DNA of 10,465 bases from a bacterium (lineage in GTDB: Bacteria > Muiribacteriota > UBA6191). Shown piece after piece: positions 5,315-10,465 of the stretch. A program made the position numbers and the translations under genes. The notes under the pieces were generated by a model that searched no databases, was not told where the DNA came from, and worked only from the letters and a program-made list of their open reading frames with translations. The stretch is from assembly GCA_036339875.1 (NCBI GenBank), contig JAYZAC010000065.1:1-10465 (forward strand), read 5' to 3'. Position 1 is the first letter of the stretch. The number at the start of each line of letters is the position of its first letter.

Positions 5315-7023
5315 GTGAAATCCTTGTTAAATCCGGCGCTATTAGCCTTCGTGATTTAGAGTCATTTTTACAACAACAAGAAGAACTCAAAGATGAAAGA
5401 GGCTATCAAACAAAACTGGGTTCCTTGCTACTCGAACATCAGCTAGTGAATGAACAAACTCTCGCTCTTGCATTCTCTATTCAACAAGGGGTCGAGTATC
5501 ATGACCTGCAAAGCTATAGTCCAGATTTAAACCTTCTAGAAAAAATACCATTCTCAATTCTTAGTCGATTCAAATTTGTACCCATTTTTCTTGATGGTCA
5601 TCGCCTAGTTATAGCTATTCATGATCCCATAGATACATTTCTATTCGACCTTCTATACAAAGCGCTCGGTATAACAATTGAATTCAGGTCAGCCACTCGT
5701 TCAGGTGTAGATGTGTGTCATACAGCAAGTATTAAATCGCTTCAAGACTCTGGCCGTATGAACACCGATTTCGATGTAGATTTCGATGAATATAGACTGA
5801 TTCTACAAGCAGAGGGTGGCAACCAATCAATTGCCGAAAATAGACCTGAAGTTAGTTTAGAAAATACAGTCAATCATTGTAGCTTTGAAGAGATTCTTAG
5901 AGATACATTCCGTCAAGGAAAAGTACAGACTTTACAATTTAGAATGCTCAATGAAAAAGTAAACATTCGTAGCAGAAATGAAAATGTTTGGAGTTATTAC
6001 GGAACCTGCAGCGTGGAGCACTTTGAAGCTATTTACGCTAGAGCTAAAAGTTTTACCGAATATAAGGATAGCGAAATCAGACATGCAACTCAAAGTTTCA
6101 TGGAAGTTCCATTTGGAGAAGATGATTACATGTCCTTTAATGTACTATTTCTGCCAAACTCAAACTGCAAAGAACTAATTGTTGAGCTATTTGGTATTGA
6201 ATCGCGTAATCATAATCTATATCGCCTAGGAATCCTTCCTGCAGACATTCAAAGAATCAGATCCATGAACTTTAAAGACCGAGGTGCACTCATTTTGGGT
6301 CCATCTGGTATGGGAAAAACAGTATTCTTAAATGCTCTTTTAAGCGAAAATTATCTTAAAGATAATCATTACTTATATTTCAGTGATCACCCAACTACGA
6401 AACTAAACAATGTTAGCTTGATAGAACTAGATGATGAACGTCAACAGCTTCAGGCACTTAGTGCAGCTAACATGTCTAGTTTTGATGGCGTGGTTCTGGA
6501 CGGTATACATCCTACTGAATTAGGATCATGTTCTAGAATTACCGGAAATCAACCACTTTTTGCTAGTGTAACTGCAAATCCAATTTTTCCAACGTTATCA
6601 ACGCTGGAAAAGCAGGGAGAAAGTCTTGGGTTTTTACTGAACAAATTCAATTTTATTATATTCATAAAATTAGTCCCCAGCTTATGCCCTTATTGCTCTC
6701 AGCCTCATCGCGTTTCTAATGATGAAATTTCTCAACTAGGCCTAAAACCAGAGACTATGAAAAAACCCTTTTTCTATTTTGCAGAAGGTTGTGACTATTG
6801 CGAAAATAGAGGATACATTGACTTCTCAATAATTTATGAATTTTTACACCTTACTCCGCAAGTACAAAAACTTCTCCAAGAAAACGCGGTAGGTAATGAA
6901 ATGGCCATGCATCTGCTAAAATCCGGATCCTTGGTACCAATAAAAAATACCGCCAGAGAAAAATTGTATAAAGGACAAATAAGTCTTGAAACCTATCTTC
7001 AAGTACTGCATAAAAAAATCTGA
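5290..7023 (+). CDS. PilB/GspE/MshE-family protein with N-terminal MshEN-like domain and degenerate ATPase site
   Basis: Tandem KLGEILVKSGAI...L...L..Q and KLGSLLLEHQLV...L...F..Q repeats; LVIAIHDP; Walker A GPSGMGKT (6298-6321); tetra-Cys CPYC...GCDYC followed by GY...IYEFL. GGAG SD at 5281-5284. Confidence 0.88.
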   Translation: MSEDKPKLGEILVKSGAISLRDLESFLQQQEELKDERGYQTKLGSLLLEHQLVNEQTLALAFSIQQGVEYHDLQSYSPDLNLLEKIPFSILSRFKFVPIFLDGHRLVIAIHDPIDTFLFDLLYKALGITIEFRSATRSGVDVCHTASIKSLQDSGRMNTDFDVDFDEYRLILQAEGGNQSIAENRPEVSLENTVNHCSFEEILRDTFRQGKVQTLQFRMLNEKVNIRSRNENVWSYYGTCSVEHFEAIYARAKSFTEYKDSEIRHATQSFMEVPFGEDDYMSFNVLFLPNSNCKELIVELFGIESRNHNLYRLGILPADIQRIRSMNFKDRGALILGPSGMGKTVFLNALLSENYLKDNHYLYFSDHPTTKLNNVSLIELDDERQQLQALSAANMSSFDGVVLDGIHPTELGSCSRITGNQPLFASVTANPIFPTLSTLEKQGESLGFLLNKFNFIIFIKLVPSLCPYCSQPHRVSNDEISQLGLKPETMKKPFFYFAEGCDYCENRGYIDFSIIYEFLHLTPQVQKLLQENAVGNEMAMHLLKSGSLVPIKNTAREKLYKGQISLETYLQVLHKKI

Positions 7024-7091
7024 CTCGTTTTATTTAGAACTCTCGTATATGGAAATTTAAATCTTAAATAGCTACGAGGTATAGGATTTAA

Positions 7092-8840
7092 TTACTTTTT
7101 AGAATTATTTTCTTCCGTATTCACAAAAAATAATCCTCGAGATATTTTGCGCACTGTTGCTTCCCGAAATTTATGAAGTTCTTTTGGGTTCAAGTGAACT
7201 ACTCTACAGCGCAAGTCTTTCTCCGAGTATCTACTCCACCATCGAAGAATAATCTCTGATTCTATACTTTTTTGTCTGCTCGGCTTACCTAAAATATCGT
7301 ATAGATCTCTCTCTATGTAATAACTCTTGAAGACTTCTCTTAGAACATTTTCAATACTTTGCTCATCCATTTTTTCGCGACTAACAATCCTTTTCTTAAG
7401 CAGATATCCCTCACGAACAAAGTAGATTAAATGTTCGGATTGATTAGCCAATGTGGGTATTGCAATAATCAAGTTTACTTGATTAACATAATAACGCAGA
7501 TTACGCTTCAATAAGGTATTCGTATTACCCGATTTCAACTCATAACCTTCTTCAATACCTGAGTTGACAGGAAAACTTTGAAAAGCAACCTTACGACGCT
7601 CAAAATCGGAACCTAAAAGATCACTCGCTTGTTGGATTGAGTCGAATGGCCCCAGATAGCTAGCTTCGTCTCGCAATCTTCTCTTCGTAAGATAAATTTC
7701 TTGTGGATATTTATCCAGTATCTTTAAGTAAATGTTGCTATCTGTGTCGGTTCGACGATCGCGGTCTTTCGGACGTCCCGAAGCTTGCCTACTAGCGTTT
7801 ATCTGGGCGCTCAGAAAACTATCCTCGTATGTAACCTCAAAACTTCGAGATTTTTTTAACAATCTTTTCATTACTGGAGTCCTCTGAACTCCCTCATAAA
7901 AAATAGAAGACATTTCATCATAGATATTCAGCATTGAAATACTTTGAAGGCACTTACCTGTTTCGCTAAAAAACTTTACAGTACCCGGTTCAGATCTCAA
8001 CTCTCTTAAAGATTCGGGATCTACCAAACATGGAGGAAAAAAGTTCAAAGGAGCATGTACCCCAAATTTTCTCAGATCTTGTAGCACCTCTGTCTCTAGA
8101 TTTATCTTCGCACGACTTATCAAATGAACCAAAATTTGAGCGGTCATAGTTGCATCACCGAGTGCACGATGACGGGGCCCTAGATCAACCTTAAAAAATT
8201 CCGCCATTGCCTCCAATTTATGCGAACTACATTCCCGTACGAGAAACTTCGACATTTTCAAAGTACATAAATTGGGCGCATCAATTGGCTTACCCAAGGT
8301 ACGAGTACATTCTGAGTTTATAAAATTCACATCAAAACTAGCATTATGAGCGACCAAAACGCATCCTTCACTAAACTTAACAAATTCCTGGAGTACTTCT
8401 CTTAAATCGCGTGCATTTGCTAAATCCTTGTTCTTTATACCAGTAAGCTTCTTCACATAATCTGGTATAGGACGTTGCGGATCTACCAATGCCTCATAGG
8501 TTTCAATGACTTCTCCGCCGACCATTTTACAAGCACCTATTTCAATAACTCGGTGCAGGGGGGGTACGCCTCCAGTGGTTTCGAGGTCAAACACGCAAAA
8601 TTTAACATCGTCCAGATTCAAGTCCTGTTGATAAGGCCATTGCGCAATTCTCCAATTTCCATCAGGAAACTCATTAAACCGTGGATCTTGAGAAAGAATT
8701 TTCCTGACGTGTCTTTGCGGCTGACCTATTAAATGATTGGGAAAAAACTGCTTACAAACTTCCTCAGCTTGTAATCCTTCAGGGTACTCACTAATGAAGG
8801 CATAAATCCTATCTCTTTTCTCTATGTCTTCTAGTTCCAC
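7092..8840 (-). CDS. DnaQ/PolC-type DEDDh 3'-5' exonuclease fused to a degenerate UvrC-like (GIY-YIG) region
   Basis: ExoI VFDLETTG, ExoII VAHNASFD and ExoIII HRALGDA are all intact. Downstream LRSEPGTVKFF...YLKI...YLGPFDS follows the UvrC N-terminal pattern. GTG start with GGGA upstream. Confidence 0.88.
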   Translation of the reverse strand: MELEDIEKRDRIYAFISEYPEGLQAEEVCKQFFPNHLIGQPQRHVRKILSQDPRFNEFPDGNWRIAQWPYQQDLNLDDVKFCVFDLETTGGVPPLHRVIEIGACKMVGGEVIETYEALVDPQRPIPDYVKKLTGIKNKDLANARDLREVLQEFVKFSEGCVLVAHNASFDVNFINSECTRTLGKPIDAPNLCTLKMSKFLVRECSSHKLEAMAEFFKVDLGPRHRALGDATMTAQILVHLISRAKINLETEVLQDLRKFGVHAPLNFFPPCLVDPESLRELRSEPGTVKFFSETGKCLQSISMLNIYDEMSSIFYEGVQRTPVMKRLLKKSRSFEVTYEDSFLSAQINASRQASGRPKDRDRRTDTDSNIYLKILDKYPQEIYLTKRRLRDEASYLGPFDSIQQASDLLGSDFERRKVAFQSFPVNSGIEEGYELKSGNTNTLLKRNLRYYVNQVNLIIAIPTLANQSEHLIYFVREGYLLKKRIVSREKMDEQSIENVLREVFKSYYIERDLYDILGKPSRQKSIESEIILRWWSRYSEKDLRCRVVHLNPKELHKFREATVRKISRGLFFVNTEENNSKK

Positions 8841-8903
8841 AATAAATTCCCATACTCAGAGGGCCTAATACTTTCCAAAGACTATAGAGGGAGTGTGCTA
8901 CCA

Positions 8904-8990
8904 CGGAGACTAAGGGATTCGAACCCTTGGTAGAGTTTCCCCTACTTACGCTTAGCAAGCGCACGCCTTAAGCCGCTCGGCCAAGTCTCC
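8904..8990 (-). tRNA. tRNA-Ser(GCT), 87 nt, CCA not encoded
   Basis: Folded by hand: acceptor GGAGACT/AGTCTCC; D arm GCC-GAGCGGCTTAA-GGC; anticodon arm TGCGC-TTGCTAA-GCGTA; long variable arm GTAGGG-GAAA-CTCTAC; T arm AAGGG-TTCGAAT-CCCTT; discriminator G. Confidence 0.97.
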
Positions 8991-9025
8991 ATGGATCAAC
9001 AAGCTCAAATCTTGTCAGGACGAAG

Positions 9026-9054
9026 AGTATATCCAGCAAGGTAGAAAAATTCAA
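9026..9054 (-). promoter_or_regulatory. Sigma70-type promoter for tRNA-Ser
   Basis: Minus strand: TTGAAT (9054-9049), 17-nt spacer, TATACT (9031-9026), ending 35 nt before the tRNA 5' end. Confidence 0.75.
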
Positions 9055-9091
9055 GAAATGATCTCACTGAGATCTTTAAGATGTAACAACT

Positions 9092-10357
9092 TTATTCTTT
9101 AATTCGACGAATCTTTGCCCCTAGCTCATTTAATTTGCTCTCCATCCTTTCATACCCTCTGTCTATATGATAAACCCTAGAAATTTTGGTAGTTCCCTCA
9201 GCTACTAATGCGGCAAGTACCATGGCTGCTCCCGCCCTCAAATCGCAGGCCATGACTGGTGCTGCGGAGAGCTTAGAAACTCCATTTACCAACGCAGTGT
9301 TTCCTTCGAGTTGAATTTCTGCTCCCATTCGGTTTAATTCAGCAATGTGTAAGAAGCGGTTTTCATATACCCCTTCACTTACAGTTGAGACTCCTTCTAC
9401 AGTAGCTAAATAGGCCATCATTGGAGCCTGTAGATCAGTGGCTAAACCTGGATGAGGCCTTGTTGTAAATTGTATTGCAGAAGGCCGATCCGAAGGAAAT
9501 ACCTTCACGGAGTTTTCTTGGATTTCGAAGCGATTTCCGCAAGCCTTTAATTTATCTAGGAATAAATCAAGAGAACCCACAGGAAACTCATTAATTTTAA
9601 GATTACTTTTAGATATACAAGAAGCCAAAACATAGGTACCAGCCTCAATTCTATCTGGCATCACTCTGTGCTTACAGCCTTTCAGTCTTGTTACTCCTGT
9701 TATTTCAATACGATCCGAACCTGCACCACTAATTTGTGCTCCACAAGAAACCAAAAAGTTTGCTAGATCTTGAATTTCTGGTTCTCTAGCTGCATTTTCC
9801 AGAATAGTTTTTCCATCACAAAATACCGAAGCCATAATAACATTTTCTGTGGTACCAACAGATGGAAAATCTAGAATAATATGCGAAGGCCTAAGGCCAC
9901 CAGAAGGCGCTGAGGCACAAATATATCCGTGATCTAAAACAACGGTCGCACCCATTTCTTCAAATGCCTTCAAATGAAAATCAACTGGGCGCGGACCAAT
10001 CGAACATCCACCTGGTTGAGATATCTCAGCCCGACCTTTTCGAGCCAAAAGAGGGCCCATTACCTGAAAAGAAGCGCGCATCGTTTTAACTAAGTCATAA
10101 GGCGCACGAATTTGATTAAGATTCGTTGCATCAATTTTACAAAATTGTTTGCTTGAGTCATATTCAACATCGGCACCCAAAGTTTTCAAAACTTTGATCA
10201 TAGTCCTAATATCCATTAGGTCAGGAACATTACTAATTTCGACTGATCCCTCAATCAGTAGTGTGGCAGCGAGAAGTTTAAGTGCAGAGTTTTTAGCACC
10301 AGAGACCTGAACCTCCCCACTTAGAGGAAAACCACCCTCTACAATAAATTGATCCAT
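9092..10357 (-). CDS. murA: UDP-N-acetylglucosamine 1-carboxyvinyltransferase
   Basis: SGAKNSAL, MRAS, PGGCSIGPRPVDFH (active-site Cys), SVGTTEN, NAAREPEI, PDRIEAGT, DLRAGAA, HIDRGYE; 421 aa; AAAGGT SD upstream. Confidence 0.99.
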   Translation of the reverse strand: MDQFIVEGGFPLSGEVQVSGAKNSALKLLAATLLIEGSVEISNVPDLMDIRTMIKVLKTLGADVEYDSSKQFCKIDATNLNQIRAPYDLVKTMRASFQVMGPLLARKGRAEISQPGGCSIGPRPVDFHLKAFEEMGATVVLDHGYICASAPSGGLRPSHIILDFPSVGTTENVIMASVFCDGKTILENAAREPEIQDLANFLVSCGAQISGAGSDRIEITGVTRLKGCKHRVMPDRIEAGTYVLASCISKSNLKINEFPVGSLDLFLDKLKACGNRFEIQENSVKVFPSDRPSAIQFTTRPHPGLATDLQAPMMAYLATVEGVSTVSEGVYENRFLHIAELNRMGAEIQLEGNTALVNGVSKLSAAPVMACDLRAGAAMVLAALVAEGTTKISRVYHIDRGYERMESKLNELGAKIRRIKE

Positions 10358-10369
10358 CTTAATACCTTT

Positions 10370-10465
10370 CTAAATCTCAATAATCTGATCAGGCTTTGAT
10401 TTTGGAAATAAATCCATTTTACGTCGTTCTCCTCCATCAGGAGGTCCAGAATTTGATTGCCTTCG
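10370..10465 (-). CDS. 3' end of an unidentified gene upstream of murA (partial)
   Basis: Open frame from the right edge, RRQSNSGPPDGGERRKMDLFPKSKPDQIIEI, ending in TAG at 10372-10370 next to the murA SD. A second frame is also open here, so the frame is uncertain. Confidence 0.5.
   Translation of the reverse strand, partial: RRQSNSGPPDGGERRKMDLFPKSKPDQIIEI

Noticed and set aside
5767..5788. Direct repeat GATTTCGATG x2 (DFDVDFDE)
   Set aside because: Only two copies, in frame in a linker region; not a CRISPR or a meaningful array.
5978..6178. Plus-strand 66-aa alternative-frame ORF in the PilB-like gene
   Set aside because: Shows no PilB motifs that would indicate a frameshifted segment; the main frame is open.
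8475..8732. Plus-strand 85-aa ORF
   Set aside because: Antisense to the conserved DEDDh domain.
8904..8930. tRNA 3' end as an integration (att) site
   Set aside because: I found no duplicate of the tRNA 3' end, no integrase and no obvious compositional break in the window.
4862..8990. Functional link between tsaE and tRNA-Ser(GCT), a t6A37 substrate
   Set aside because: They lie on opposite strands 3.6 kb apart, and TsaE serves all ANN-decoding tRNAs; the proximity is probably coincidental.

Overview
AT-rich bacterial chromosomal segment, mostly housekeeping; I see no integrase, transposase or CRISPR array. From left to right: two minus-strand genes (a partial ORF running off the left edge that the ORF track misses, and a 106-aa probable secreted protein with a clear sigma70 promoter and RBS); a divergent orphan response regulator; a tightly packed plus-strand run of a secreted diheme cytochrome c, polA, tsaE and a PilB/GspE-like protein; then a convergent minus-strand run of a DnaQ-exonuclease/UvrC-like fusion, tRNA-Ser(GCT) with its own promoter, murA and the tail of an upstream gene. 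The most unusual item is the cytochrome, which appears to join a Cyc2-like N-terminal heme module to a SoxA/TsdA-type heme domain with a Cys, with no porin and no sox genes nearby. A second pattern is several intact ORFs whose domains seem to have lost catalytic residues: the PilB-like ATPase, the GIY-YIG part of the DnaQ fusion, a HisKA-like tail and possibly a methyltransferase-like domain. All family assignments come from motif recognition by eye and from memory; no searches were run.
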